Source: an uncultured bacterium
Lineage (GTDB): Bacteria > Patescibacteriota > Minisyncoccia > Phycocordibacterales > GCA-2401445
Direction of reading: 5' to 3'
Length of the DNA: 64,000 nt
NCBI GenBank assembly: GCA_937952265.1
Contig: CALFYW010000055.1
Location: 149,030-213,029, forward strand
Positions 29,292 through 38,725 of this stretch are shown piece after piece. Position 1 is the first letter of the stretch. Each line of letters opens with the position of its first letter. A program made the translations under genes and the position numbers. Under the pieces are notes generated by a model. It worked only from the letters and a program-made list of their open reading frames with translations, had not been told where the DNA came from and did not search any database.

Positions 29292-29615
29292 CTAGATTTT
29301 GAGGTCATCCATTGCTTCATCAACACTCTTGCTTGCATGAGAAGTGCTTGCATGGCGTGTTCCTCCTGCAGGCTCATTGATCTTGAGGTTAACTCGAGCG
29401 TTATTCTTCATACCTACTACTCGTAGCAAGGTGCGGATTGCTTTTGCGGTATTTCCTGAACGCCCAATGATTTTTCCCATGTCCTCAGGATTTACATCAA
29501 GCGTGATCAAGACTCCCATTTCATCGACAACACGATTAATCTTTACTTCGTCCGGGTGGTCAACAAGTGACTTTACCACATACTCAAGAAACACACTGTC
29601 CTGTTCTTTTTCCAT
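29292..29615 (-). CDS. KH-domain RNA-binding protein (YlqC/UPF0109-like)
   Basis: GKIIGRSGNTAKAIRTL KH core. Position between rpsP and trmD as in Firmicutes operons. Confidence 0.8.
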   Translation of the reverse strand: MEKEQDSVFLEYVVKSLVDHPDEVKINRVVDEMGVLITLDVNPEDMGKIIGRSGNTAKAIRTLLRVVGMKNNARVNLKINEPAGGTRHASTSHASKSVDEAMDDLKI

Positions 29616-29720
29616 GATTTGCGTAGAATTACACTAAGAAATAAATCGGACACAGACATTGACCTTTTCTGCCGTTCCGTAACTATATACTATAACGACC
29701 AAGAAAGATCAGTCAATAAT

Positions 29721-30143
29721 TTATTGGGGATTCTCTACTGGCTTCTCTTCCTTTTTTACTTCTTCTTTTTGCTCACTTTCTGTAGCAGATGCGTCCTCCG
29801 TTTTAGGCGCTTCTGCTTCAGTAGCAGGGGCACTGTCATTCTTTTCTTCTTCAGCACCCTCTTTCTTTATAGGGGTTTTTCTTGGTAGCACGTTTTTCTT
29901 TTTTCCAGAAATAACTTTTTCACTTACTAAGATATTATGAAGCGTATCTGATGTTTGGGCTCCTTTTTCGATTAGTGACAAGATTCGCTCTTTATTGAGT
30001 GTTTGTTTTCCACTACGCGCATCGTAGGAACCAAGAACTTCGAGAAATTTTCCGCTCTTTGGGCCGTTGTGTGAGTCAGTTAAAACCACCCGAAATGAAG
30101 GGTCGTGCTTTCTTCCAACACGTTGTAGTCTGATTTTTAGCAT
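29721..30143 (-). CDS. rpsP: 30S ribosomal protein S16 with acidic/lysine-rich C-terminal extension
   Basis: MLKIRLQRVGRKHDPSFRVV is a canonical bS16 start. Confidence 0.9.
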   Translation of the reverse strand: MLKIRLQRVGRKHDPSFRVVLTDSHNGPKSGKFLEVLGSYDARSGKQTLNKERILSLIEKGAQTSDTLHNILVSEKVISGKKKNVLPRKTPIKKEGAEEEKNDSAPATEAEAPKTEDASATESEQKEEVKKEEKPVENPQ

Positions 30144-30200
30144 GCGGACATAGTAGCAGAATACTTGTTATCGGTCAATAAATGCCGTATTGTCTTAATT

Positions 30201-32147
30201 ATGAAGAGAAAGCGTACATCAAAGCCAAACTCACGGGTTGTTACGGGTACTATCTGGATCAGTCGTCGTGGGGTTGGCTTCTTAAAAGATCCACAGGGTG
30301 GAGAGGATATTCTCATTGAGCGAGATATGCTTACCACCGCATTTCCGGGAGACGAGGTGCGAGTGGCATTGCTTCCCCATCGTGATGGAAAACGGGGTGA
30401 GGTACTCGAGGTGCTTCGTCGGGCGCGGACCTCATTTGTCGGAACCTTAGTAAAAAAGGAAGGAGGGATCGTTCTCATCCCTGATAATCAAAAAATACAG
30501 ACACACTTTATTCTTGAGCCTTTGGGAAATCAGGCTGAGGTAGGCGATAAAGTATTTATTCGTTTTATTTCTTGGAAAGAAAATGCCCGCTACCCTCTTG
30601 GAAAAATAGAAGGAGTTTTAGGAAAATCAGGAGAACATAATACAGAAATGAACTCAATCCTACTGGATCGTGGATTTAAGGCGGAGTTTTCATCTGAAGT
30701 AGAAAAAGAAGCCAGTCGTATCGTGGAGAAAGAAGATAGAGAAGAGATGAATCAGAGGCGAGACTTTCGAGATGTACCCACATTTACCATTGATCCGGAG
30801 AATGCCAAAGATTTTGATGATGCGCTTTCTTTTCGAAAAATAGCAGAAGATCGATTTGAGCTCGGCGTACATATTGCGGATGTGTCGCACTATGTCTCTC
30901 CTGAATCCCTCCTTGATCAAGAAGCCCGAGAGCGAGGGTTTAGCGTGTACTTAGTTGACCGCACCATCCCTATGCTTCCAGAAGCACTGTCGAATAATCT
31001 CGCGAGTCTTTCCCCTAACGAAGAAAAACGAGCCTTTTCAGCAGTGTTTGAAATAGGAATAAATGGAGAGGTATATAATGAGTGGTTTGGTAAAACTCGT
31101 ATTATTTCAAGAAAGAGGTTTACCTACGAGGAAGCGCAAGAGGTTATTAATAACCATGAAGGGTCTCATGCGAATGAACTGATGCTTCTAACAAAGATCA
31201 CGAGCGCCTTGCGAAAGAAGCGTTTCTTCGAAGGTGCTATTAATTTTCAAGAGAATGATATTTCAATATCACTCGATGCTTCAGGTAAACCCGTCGATAT
31301 TAAACGAAAACCTCATCTCGGTACTCACGAACTTATTGAGGAATGCATGCTTCTTGCAAATCGGCGCGTTGCGCATTTCTTCTTTCATCATGTACAAAGA
31401 AAGACAAAAGAGAAGTCGCTCCCGCCCCCCTTTATTTACCGAATCCACGATGAACCTGATTATGAAAAATTAACCGTGCTTTTTGAATTCCTTAAAACGC
31501 TCAATCTTCCTCTTCCAAAATTCAACAAGCGTGTGAGTGCAAAAGAGATAAATGCCGTATTGCAGGCTATTGAAGGGCACGCCACTGAATCTTTGGTAAA
31601 AAATGCCACGGTTCGGTCGATGGCAAAAGCCCTTTATACCACTAAAAATATTGGTCATTTTGGGCTTGCGTTTAAATATTACACGCACTTCACCTCCCCT
31701 ATTCGACGGTACCCCGATCTTTTGGTACATCGACTTCTCTTCTCCGCGCTTCAAGGGAAACCTATTGGAGCAGACGAAATCGATGCGTATGAGGGGTATG
31801 CTCGTGAAGCATCAGGGAAAGAAGTTCGAGCCGCGGACGCTGAGCGGGCCTCAATCAAATACAAACAAGTGGAATATATGGAGGCTAAAAAGGGTGAGAT
31901 ATTTAACGGGATCATCTCTGGAGTTACTGAATGGGGACTTTATGTTGAAGAAAAAGAAAGTCGATCTGAGGGGATGGTGCATATCAGCACCTTGCCGGGC
32001 AATGATTTCTACCATTTTAATGAAAAGACTTACAGTCTGGTTGGAGAAAAAAGCAAGCGCACCTTTACCTTAGGAGACGAGGTTCGAGTATCAGTTGTAG
32101 GAACCGATTTGGCACAACGAACCATTTCTTATGAATTAGTGGTATAG
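30201..32147 (+). CDS. rnr: Ribonuclease R (RNB family 3'-5' exoribonuclease). ORF track start is 30165; Met at 30201 is preferred.
   Basis: Cold-shock/OB domains, RNB catalytic domain (FTIDPENAKDFDDALS...HIADVSHYV) and C-terminal S1 domain. Starting at 30201 leaves room for divergent promoters with rpsP. Confidence 0.9.
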   Translation: MKRKRTSKPNSRVVTGTIWISRRGVGFLKDPQGGEDILIERDMLTTAFPGDEVRVALLPHRDGKRGEVLEVLRRARTSFVGTLVKKEGGIVLIPDNQKIQTHFILEPLGNQAEVGDKVFIRFISWKENARYPLGKIEGVLGKSGEHNTEMNSILLDRGFKAEFSSEVEKEASRIVEKEDREEMNQRRDFRDVPTFTIDPENAKDFDDALSFRKIAEDRFELGVHIADVSHYVSPESLLDQEARERGFSVYLVDRTIPMLPEALSNNLASLSPNEEKRAFSAVFEIGINGEVYNEWFGKTRIISRKRFTYEEAQEVINNHEGSHANELMLLTKITSALRKKRFFEGAINFQENDISISLDASGKPVDIKRKPHLGTHELIEECMLLANRRVAHFFFHHVQRKTKEKSLPPPFIYRIHDEPDYEKLTVLFEFLKTLNLPLPKFNKRVSAKEINAVLQAIEGHATESLVKNATVRSMAKALYTTKNIGHFGLAFKYYTHFTSPIRRYPDLLVHRLLFSALQGKPIGADEIDAYEGYAREASGKEVRAADAERASIKYKQVEYMEAKKGEIFNGIISGVTEWGLYVEEKESRSEGMVHISTLPGNDFYHFNEKTYSLVGEKSKRTFTLGDEVRVSVVGTDLAQRTISYELVV

Positions 32148-32152
32148 AAAAA

Positions 32153-32190
32153 CCGCTTCTCTCGTTGTAAATAGAGAGAAGCGGTGTGCT
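32153..32190. terminator. Bidirectional intrinsic terminator between convergent rnr and ORF 32211-32666
   Basis: Perfect 11-bp stem ccgcttctctc/gagagaagcgg with 10-nt loop. T tract on the minus-strand side (tttttctatac); weaker U-run on the plus side. Confidence 0.6.
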
Positions 32191-32210
32191 GGTTGTCTGG
32201 TGGGAGGAAA

Positions 32211-32666
32211 CTAGTATCTCCTCGAAAGGAAATAACGAGCCGCGACTACCCATAGCATGGTTTGATACCGGTGTGGGAGACGTGATCGCAACCCAAAGTA
32301 CCCGCATTTCTCAAGCTCGTCATCTTCGCAGACCTCATCAAGCCAATAAATGGCAACGTGAAAGTCCTGACCCGTAACAAACCTGAGAATACAGAATGTA
32401 TCCACATTCTTAGGATCATTCGCACTTGATGTATCAAAAGATTCGTACCACGGTCGCCAAATGAGCGAGCGTGCCCACAAGTTCTCGAAGAGCTTGATAC
32501 CATTTAAAACCTCTTGTTCTAAGGCATCAAGCTCATCGGTGGTTCCGATCCGTGACAATGAGGGAACCTGGCTTCGAGTCTCTTGAAATTCTTGTAGAAG
32601 ATCTTCTTCCCATTCGACAGAGGATGATTTCCTTCTCTTAAAATCTGAAATACGAGCCGTTATCAT
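32211..32666 (-). CDS. Hypothetical acidic protein (151 aa)
   Basis: ORF with a good terminator downstream. No family recognised. Confidence 0.45.
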   Translation of the reverse strand: MITARISDFKRRKSSSVEWEEDLLQEFQETRSQVPSLSRIGTTDELDALEQEVLNGIKLFENLWARSLIWRPWYESFDTSSANDPKNVDTFCILRFVTGQDFHVAIYWLDEVCEDDELEKCGYFGLRSRLPHRYQTMLWVVAARYFLSRRY

Positions 32667-32746
32667 TCAATATCCTTTGGTTAGAATTTTTCTGTTTCTA
32701 GGATGCATTATATCACGCTTTTCTAAAAACGCAAGTGCGCTTTCCC

Positions 32747-35008
32747 CTATTTTGCCACCTGTACCGCCTCATCAAATTTCACCGAGAGTAGTCGTGAGGT
32801 TCCGTCAGATCCCATCGTTACACCGTATAACACTCCTGCTCGACTCATGGTCTCACGATTATGAGTAATTAAAATAAGTTGCGAGTCTTTTGAAAGGTTC
32901 TCAACCATATCTCCATATTTTTTTGAATTGGCCTCATCAAGCGCGGCATCGGTCTCATCGAGAATAATGAATGGCGGAGGATTGACTTGAGAGATCGCAA
33001 AAAGGAGGGCGATTGAGGTGAGTGCTCGCTCACCTCCCGAGAGCATCATTAATCCCTTTGTTTTCTTATGAGGAAGGGAAACATTCACTTCAATTCCTTG
33101 TTCTTGCTCAGGTTCTTCATCAAAGCTATTTCCTGATTTCTCTTCGAGATCTTGAAGTAACCCAGCTGATTTCTTCACTCGCTTCTCGGTGGCTTCAACT
33201 CGAATACCTGCATTTCCTCCTCCAAACATTAAGGTAAAGAATTTCTGAAACTCAGTATTTATTTTTAAGATTCCTTGTTTAAATTCTCGGTCAAGTTCTT
33301 CTTCTAAATCCTTGATAATTTTTTCAAGTGTTTCTCGGGCTTGGGTCAAATCAGTAATTTCTTTCTCAAAGAAGGCATCTCGTTCAGTAGCGTTTTGGTA
33401 CTCTTTTAGTGTCTCATCAATACCTCCCGTTCCAAGGTCTTCAAGTTTAATTTTGATACGCTCGATCTCTTTTCGTCGAATTTCTTGCTTTTCTCGAGCT
33501 TCATCTAAAGCGCCCTCCGGAGTTGGGGTTTGTTCATAGCTGAAAACCGCGCGTCCAATCAATATCGCTCCTTCCCGCTCCTCTTCTTCAAAACTCGTCT
33601 TTAACCGCACCAGGGTTTCTTTGCGCTGGTTTAGCCTTGCTTGTTTTAGCATCAGTTCATTTCGAGCCTCCAGTGTCTGTAGAAGTCCTTGTTCAATTTC
33701 CTCTACGCCTGATCCTTGGTTTTTGATGAGAGTCTCTATTTCTTGTCGTTCTTTTTCCAAATGACCCTCTTTTTCTTTTATCGATAACAGCTTATTTTCA
33801 ACCTCGCTCTTTTTTTCAAGCAACCCCTTCTTTTCTTCCTCGTGCTTTAATTGAGCACTCTGTGGATTATCCGTAAGATACATGCCGTGGAAATCTCTGA
33901 TCACTTCAGAAACACGGAGTAATATTTTTTTTATGATGGAAACATCTTCTTCCGTAAGCGCCTCTTGTATCTGCTCACCTATGTCTTTGTTGAATTTCTC
34001 AACCTGTTTTTGAGGAACGCTACCCATATGACTCTTGCTTTCTCCTTTTTCGTATACCTGAAACATTCCTTCGATCTTCCCAAGCTCACGTTCTGCTTCA
34101 TTTTTTTCGCGCGCAAGAAGAGAGAGCGCGTCATTTATTTCTGAAATTTTTTCAGAGCGTGCTTTTTCTAAAGAATTCCTCTCTCCGTGATTTATTTTCT
34201 CTCGAATCGCATTAACCTGCCCTTCAATACGATCGAGAGATTCTTTAAGTGGTCCTTCTTCATTTTTTATACTCTCTTCTTCGTGGGAAATAAATGCCTG
34301 TTCTCGGACCAGGTATTCTTTTAACAGGTCAGAGAGTGTCTTGCGAAGTTCTTCCGCCTTATGGATCTTATCCACCTGTTTTTTTAAATACTTAATATGG
34401 GGAGCAATTTCTCTTCGTAGAGACGCAATTGACTCGATATTCTCTTCCGTCTTTGAAAGTTTCCTCTCGCTTTCTTTGCGTTTATATTGGTAGATTTTTA
34501 GTCCGAGCGCGTCCTCGATCATTTCTCGCCGCTCTTTATTATTCGCATTTAAAATTCTGTCTGCTTCACCTTGAGAAATAATATGGTGTCCCGAAGCTCC
34601 AATATGCGCACCAGCAAGGAGCTCTCCAATATCACGCAGGCGCACTGAGCTTCCATTTATAAAATATTCATTAATACCGTCTCGATGCACGATTCGTTCA
34701 AACGTAACCTCATCAAAATCAAGGTTCAAAAGGCGCGATTGGTTATTAAAGGTAAGCTTTACACTTGCCCGATTTGCTCGAGGCTCAATTCGAGATCCAT
34801 TAAAAATGAGGTCTTCTCCTTTTTTTCCACGAAGTGTTTTGATCGACTGTTCTCCAAGCGCAAACCGAAACGCTTCCGCAACATTCGATTTTCCTGAACC
34901 ATTAGGCCCCACAATCGCGGTAATTGAAGTACTAAATGAAAGTACAGTCTTTTTTGCAAACGATTTAAAACCTGAAATAGTAAGCTCCTTCAAGTACATA
35001 CGAATCAA
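32747..35008 (-). CDS. smc: SMC-family chromosome segregation ATPase, short form with no recognisable hinge domain
   Basis: N-terminal Walker A head (FKSFAKKTVL...GPNGSGKSNVAEAFRFALGEQS...LIFNGS), long coiled-coil, C-terminal signature LSGGERALTSIALLFAISQ and Walker B ILDETDAALD. Classic rnc-smc adjacency. Confidence 0.85.
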   Translation of the reverse strand: MIRMYLKELTISGFKSFAKKTVLSFSTSITAIVGPNGSGKSNVAEAFRFALGEQSIKTLRGKKGEDLIFNGSRIEPRANRASVKLTFNNQSRLLNLDFDEVTFERIVHRDGINEYFINGSSVRLRDIGELLAGAHIGASGHHIISQGEADRILNANNKERREMIEDALGLKIYQYKRKESERKLSKTEENIESIASLRREIAPHIKYLKKQVDKIHKAEELRKTLSDLLKEYLVREQAFISHEEESIKNEEGPLKESLDRIEGQVNAIREKINHGERNSLEKARSEKISEINDALSLLAREKNEAERELGKIEGMFQVYEKGESKSHMGSVPQKQVEKFNKDIGEQIQEALTEEDVSIIKKILLRVSEVIRDFHGMYLTDNPQSAQLKHEEEKKGLLEKKSEVENKLLSIKEKEGHLEKERQEIETLIKNQGSGVEEIEQGLLQTLEARNELMLKQARLNQRKETLVRLKTSFEEEEREGAILIGRAVFSYEQTPTPEGALDEAREKQEIRRKEIERIKIKLEDLGTGGIDETLKEYQNATERDAFFEKEITDLTQARETLEKIIKDLEEELDREFKQGILKINTEFQKFFTLMFGGGNAGIRVEATEKRVKKSAGLLQDLEEKSGNSFDEEPEQEQGIEVNVSLPHKKTKGLMMLSGGERALTSIALLFAISQVNPPPFIILDETDAALDEANSKKYGDMVENLSKDSQLILITHNRETMSRAGVLYGVTMGSDGTSRLLSVKFDEAVQVAK

Positions 35009-35704
35009 CTAATCCCACTTTTTTTCAAGCAGTGCTTGGCGAGCTGCTTCTTGTTCAGCTTCCTGTTTTGACTTTCCTTTTCCATACCCTATGATCTCAT
35101 CTTCAAGTAGCACCCCCACTCGAAACTCTTTATCATGGTCAGGGCCAATTTCTTCAATGACCTTATACGCGGGAGTAATTCCCGTTTTCTCTTGCGCGCA
35201 TTCTTGAAACTTACTCTTTGCATCCTGCCAAAGCCCTTGCGAGAGAATCTCTTCGAGTCGTGGAAAGAGAAAACGAGAGACGAGTTTCTCTGCGGCACCA
35301 TAGCCTTGATCAAGATACACCGCGCCAATGATTGCCTCGAAAGTATTGGCAAGAATAAATTGCCGCGCTCTTCCAATATCCCGGGATTCTCCACGTGAGA
35401 GCAGAAGATACATGTTCACATCCAAAGTCTCTGCCACATTTGCAAGAGAGATTGTGTTTACTAGCGCAGATCGATACGCCGTTAATTCCCCTTCGTTTTT
35501 TTCTGGATACTTCTTAAAAAGGAAGACTGTGGTGATGAGTTCAAGTACTGCATCGCCCAAAAACTCGAGACGTTCATTGTGTGAGCCTGAAGTGAGTGCT
35601 CCTCGAGTTTCGTTTAGATATGAACGATGGGTAAATGCTTGTTTGAGAAGATCTTGATCACGAAAAGTAACATCGATTTTTTTTTCAAATTCACGCAAGT
35701 CCAT
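35009..35704 (-). CDS. rnc: Ribonuclease III
   Basis: RNase III signature ERLEFLGDAVLEL and a C-terminal dsRBD. Confidence 0.92.
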   Translation of the reverse strand: MDLREFEKKIDVTFRDQDLLKQAFTHRSYLNETRGALTSGSHNERLEFLGDAVLELITTVFLFKKYPEKNEGELTAYRSALVNTISLANVAETLDVNMYLLLSRGESRDIGRARQFILANTFEAIIGAVYLDQGYGAAEKLVSRFLFPRLEEILSQGLWQDAKSKFQECAQEKTGITPAYKVIEEIGPDHDKEFRVGVLLEDEIIGYGKGKSKQEAEQEAARQALLEKKWD

Positions 35705-35706
35705 AA

Positions 35707-36666
35707 TTATTGATTTGATTTAATGCTGATCTTTTCAACCGCTTTAGTAACAATCGGGAGAATGTCATCATAAAAATTGAGATCTTCGAGCTCTGCCATT
35801 GAAAACCACGAAGCGGCATCAAGACCTCCTGATTCTTTGAGAGAGAGTTTCTGATGCTTTGCCTGAGCTAGAAAATAGATGACCTGTTTTCTTAATTTTC
35901 CTTTTTCTGGATGGGATGCAACATATTCATTCTTTCCTATTTCTTCTTCAACGGTGATAGGGAGTTTTATTTCTTCCATAACCACTCGAGATACACCCTC
36001 TTTTGCATCTTCTTTTTCTTCTAAATGACCCTTGGAGAGGGTCCAGTGGCCAAAGACATCATGCACGAGCGCGAAGAAAATTTTTTTTTCATCATGCGCG
36101 TAAATGACCGCCCCTACCAAACGCTCAATGGGCATCTTCTCGAAAGGAACTTCAGGAGGGGCGCCTTTTTTCCCTGCTTGAGCTTTTGATTGTTCGTGTT
36201 TTCCAGGTTCTCCTATTTCCTTATAAATAGCTCCTAATACTCCATTTACAAAACGCCCGCTCGTCTCTCCTCCAAAAGTTTTTGCGAGCTCTACAGCCTC
36301 ATTGATGGCTACTTTTGCGGGAACTTGTGAGCGATCTCCAAAGAGGAGCTCGTAAAGACCGATACGAAGCACGTTTCGATCAACCACTGATATTTTCTTG
36401 AGTGGCCATTCAGGAGCGGCTTTCTCAATAATCTGATCAAGATCCTCTCTTTTCTCAACAATGTGTTTAAGCAACAGCAACGCAAAAGATCGATCCGTGA
36501 TACCAGGAGCAAATTCTTCAATATTGGCGTCAAAAATTGCTTCGTGGGAAGACTTTTGTTCATTGAAGTCCCACTCGAAAAGTGTTTGAAGAACTATTGA
36601 TCTGGACAGGTGTCGGTTTGCCATTTGATTGTAAAAAAACGAAAAGAAACGTTTAGAGAACCGCAC
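35707..36666 (-). CDS. nusB: NusB-like antitermination factor fused to a C-terminal Nudix-fold domain with a partly degenerate Nudix box
   Basis: N-terminus matches NusB (LSRSIVLQTLFEWDF...AINEAVELAKTFGGETSGRFVNGVLG). C-terminus has the Nudix pattern GHWTLSKGHLEEKEDAKEGVSRVVMEEIKL (GX5EX7R-UXEEX-U, with the RE glutamate replaced by V). Confidence 0.75.
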   Translation of the reverse strand: MRFSKRFFSFFYNQMANRHLSRSIVLQTLFEWDFNEQKSSHEAIFDANIEEFAPGITDRSFALLLLKHIVEKREDLDQIIEKAAPEWPLKKISVVDRNVLRIGLYELLFGDRSQVPAKVAINEAVELAKTFGGETSGRFVNGVLGAIYKEIGEPGKHEQSKAQAGKKGAPPEVPFEKMPIERLVGAVIYAHDEKKIFFALVHDVFGHWTLSKGHLEEKEDAKEGVSRVVMEEIKLPITVEEEIGKNEYVASHPEKGKLRKQVIYFLAQAKHQKLSLKESGGLDAASWFSMAELEDLNFYDDILPIVTKAVEKISIKSNQ

Positions 36667-36689
36667 CCTCCCTTTAAGAACCCGGTGGT

Positions 36690-36941
36690 TTATTTAGAGC
36701 TGGGAGGAGTATTTTCTTTTTGCGTACGCTTCTTTTTCCGTTCTAACTTTTTTGCAGATATTTGAGCAATATCAACCACTACTTTTCCCCGATAGCGGCC
36801 AGTAATTGGAGAGACACGATGACGGAGAGACGGAGTCGATCCCTCTCCCTCTTTATCTTTTGAGAGACGCGGCAAAGTTAAGCCGTGATGTGATCTACGG
36901 TTTCGAGTATGCGCTCGCGTATGTCTCATTCGTACAGTCAT
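36690..36941 (-). CDS. rpmF: 50S ribosomal protein L32, cysteine-less form with a basic C-terminal extension
   Basis: RRSHHGLTLPRL...HRVSPITGRYRGKVVV matches the bL32 core. Confidence 0.8.
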   Translation of the reverse strand: MTVRMRHTRAHTRNRRSHHGLTLPRLSKDKEGEGSTPSLRHRVSPITGRYRGKVVVDIAQISAKKLERKKKRTQKENTPPSSK

Positions 36942-36963
36942 AGTGCCAGTATACTGTTCATTT

Positions 36964-37554
36964 CTATTTTGGCAAGTACACCTTCTTTAGAAAGGAAACG
37001 CGGTGCTCGGGGGTAATTCCGTGTTTTTTAATTTCTTCAATATGCCCGCTGGTGCCATAGCCTTTATGGCGTGAGAAAGAAAATTCTGGATAACGTATTT
37101 CATACCTCGATATTCGCCGATCACGAAGCACCTTCGCGGCAATTGACGCGAGAGCGATAATGGGTTCTTTCGCGTCACCACTAATGATTGTTTGTTGGTT
37201 TAAGTATACGAGCGGAGCTCGTAATGACCCATCGAGAAGCACGCGCGCAAGAGGTGCAACGCGGTTTCTTTTAAGGAGACGCGCGATAAGCGTACGCAGT
37301 GAGTTTCCTATTCCATACCGATCAATACTCCGAGCTTCTACATATGCCACATCAAAAATAAGTTCTGATTTCGGCATTTCCTGTATCTTTTGAAACCAGT
37401 AGGAGCGCCCTACTTTTGTAAGCGCTTTTGAATCTTTTACGCCAGAGAAAATTTTAAGTATCTGAGGATCTCGTACCGCGCACATGCCTACGGCTACGGG
37501 ACCAGCGATAGAACCACGGCCTACTTCATCAAGGCCAATTATCCGGTATGTCAT
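36964..37554 (-). CDS. rnhB: Ribonuclease HII
   Basis: IIGLDEVGRGSIAGPVAV N-terminal catalytic motif. 196 aa. Confidence 0.92.
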   Translation of the reverse strand: MTYRIIGLDEVGRGSIAGPVAVGMCAVRDPQILKIFSGVKDSKALTKVGRSYWFQKIQEMPKSELIFDVAYVEARSIDRYGIGNSLRTLIARLLKRNRVAPLARVLLDGSLRAPLVYLNQQTIISGDAKEPIIALASIAAKVLRDRRISRYEIRYPEFSFSRHKGYGTSGHIEEIKKHGITPEHRVSFLKKVYLPK

Positions 37555-37583
37555 GTAAAGAAAGGGTGACTTTCAGGTACCAA

Positions 37584-38120
37584 TTATCGACGCGGGCCAA
37601 GTAAACAATAGTCCCATGCACCCTGGTCTGAAGACGGTAAATTAAAGGTGCTTACTTCTGAGAAAAATTGTAGAACGTACTCATAGTCGTTAATGGAGAT
37701 CTGGCCTCCGTCACACGTCCACCCTGATCCAACTTGTCGAGAATATTCAAAACAACGGTTTGAGAGAGGGTCCTGCGGAAGTGTATCCATATAGCCTCCG
37801 CTCACTAATGGAGCAAAAACTTCGTCAAATCCTTGGCCGGGGTATTGTGTATAACCACACGGATTAGGATCATCATTAGGTCTACTTGAGTAATGCCCAT
37901 TAGTAGCTCCTGGGGGATATTGACCCGTGCTTGCATGGTATACATGTAATGCCGATTGGAGTTGTTTTAATTCACTAATTCTTTTCGTATCACGAGCCTT
38001 GGCACGAGCCGTATCTAAACCAGTAAGCACGATTGAGGAAAGCAGACCAATAATTGCAACAACTACTAAAAGTTCGATGAGTGTAAAACCTGATTTTTTT
38101 TTCTGAACAAAAATCGTCAT
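37584..38120 (-). CDS. Type IV pilin / pseudopilin-like protein with prepilin N-terminal methylation motif. ORF track start is 38213; Met at 38120 is preferred.
   Basis: KKKSGFTLIELLVVVAIIGLL class III signal peptide and hydrophobic helix. Confidence 0.8.
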   Translation of the reverse strand: MTIFVQKKKSGFTLIELLVVVAIIGLLSSIVLTGLDTARAKARDTKRISELKQLQSALHVYHASTGQYPPGATNGHYSSRPNDDPNPCGYTQYPGQGFDEVFAPLVSGGYMDTLPQDPLSNRCFEYSRQVGSGWTCDGGQISINDYEYVLQFFSEVSTFNLPSSDQGAWDYCLLGPRR

Positions 38121-38136
38121 AGGTATGTATTTATAA

Positions 38137-38397
38137 TTATAATACGGGAAGCCCAGGATCAGAAATCTGTTGAGGTTTTGAGCTAGCAGGATCTTCCCCC
38201 CCAAACCCCACAAAAAAAGTAGTTACAATCATGACCATTGCTAACCCAATGAGTATGATATTCGCCTGTGAATTTGTTTTCGCAAGCTTTGCTTTAATGA
38301 GCCATTGCACCATTCTAGGTGCTTTAGCGGATGGTTCAATTCGGCTATAGAGAATCTTCCGCTCACTACTTTCTCCTTCAAATTGTACGTCTACCAT
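38137..38397 (-). CDS. Small single-pass membrane protein, paralog A (MVDVQFEG family)
   Basis: 86 aa with a C-terminal TM. Shares its N-terminal motif and about 28 nt of DNA at the start region with the adjacent ORF. Confidence 0.5.
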   Translation of the reverse strand: MVDVQFEGESSERKILYSRIEPSAKAPRMVQWLIKAKLAKTNSQANIILIGLAMVMIVTTFFVGFGGEDPASSKPQQISDPGLPVL

Positions 38398-38414
38398 AAA
38401 AAATATTTACTAGA

Positions 38415-38657
38415 CTAATAAATTAAATATATATTTTTTGAAATCCAATACAGTATCATCCCTCCCATCGCCACAAGCATTAACATAGAAAATCTGAAAA
38501 GAATTTGCTTTGCTTTTTTTTCATTTTGAGCAAGGCGCAACTTCAACAGGTACTTTACCAAGACGGGCGTACGATCTAGGACATCCGCGACATCACGTAA
38601 AAACTCACCCTCTTGTTCAAATTTTCTATTCTTTCCTTCAAATTGTACGTTTACCAT
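38415..38657 (-). CDS. Small single-pass membrane protein, paralog B (MVNVQFEG family)
   Basis: 80 aa; tandem duplicate of 38137-38397. Confidence 0.5.
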   Translation of the reverse strand: MVNVQFEGKNRKFEQEGEFLRDVADVLDRTPVLVKYLLKLRLAQNEKKAKQILFRFSMLMLVAMGGMILYWISKNIYLIY

Positions 38658-38725
38658 AAAAATGATCTGATGCGCGTCCCCTCATAGCCTGTTATAATGC
38701 CATAACGCTTACCATTAATTCTACT

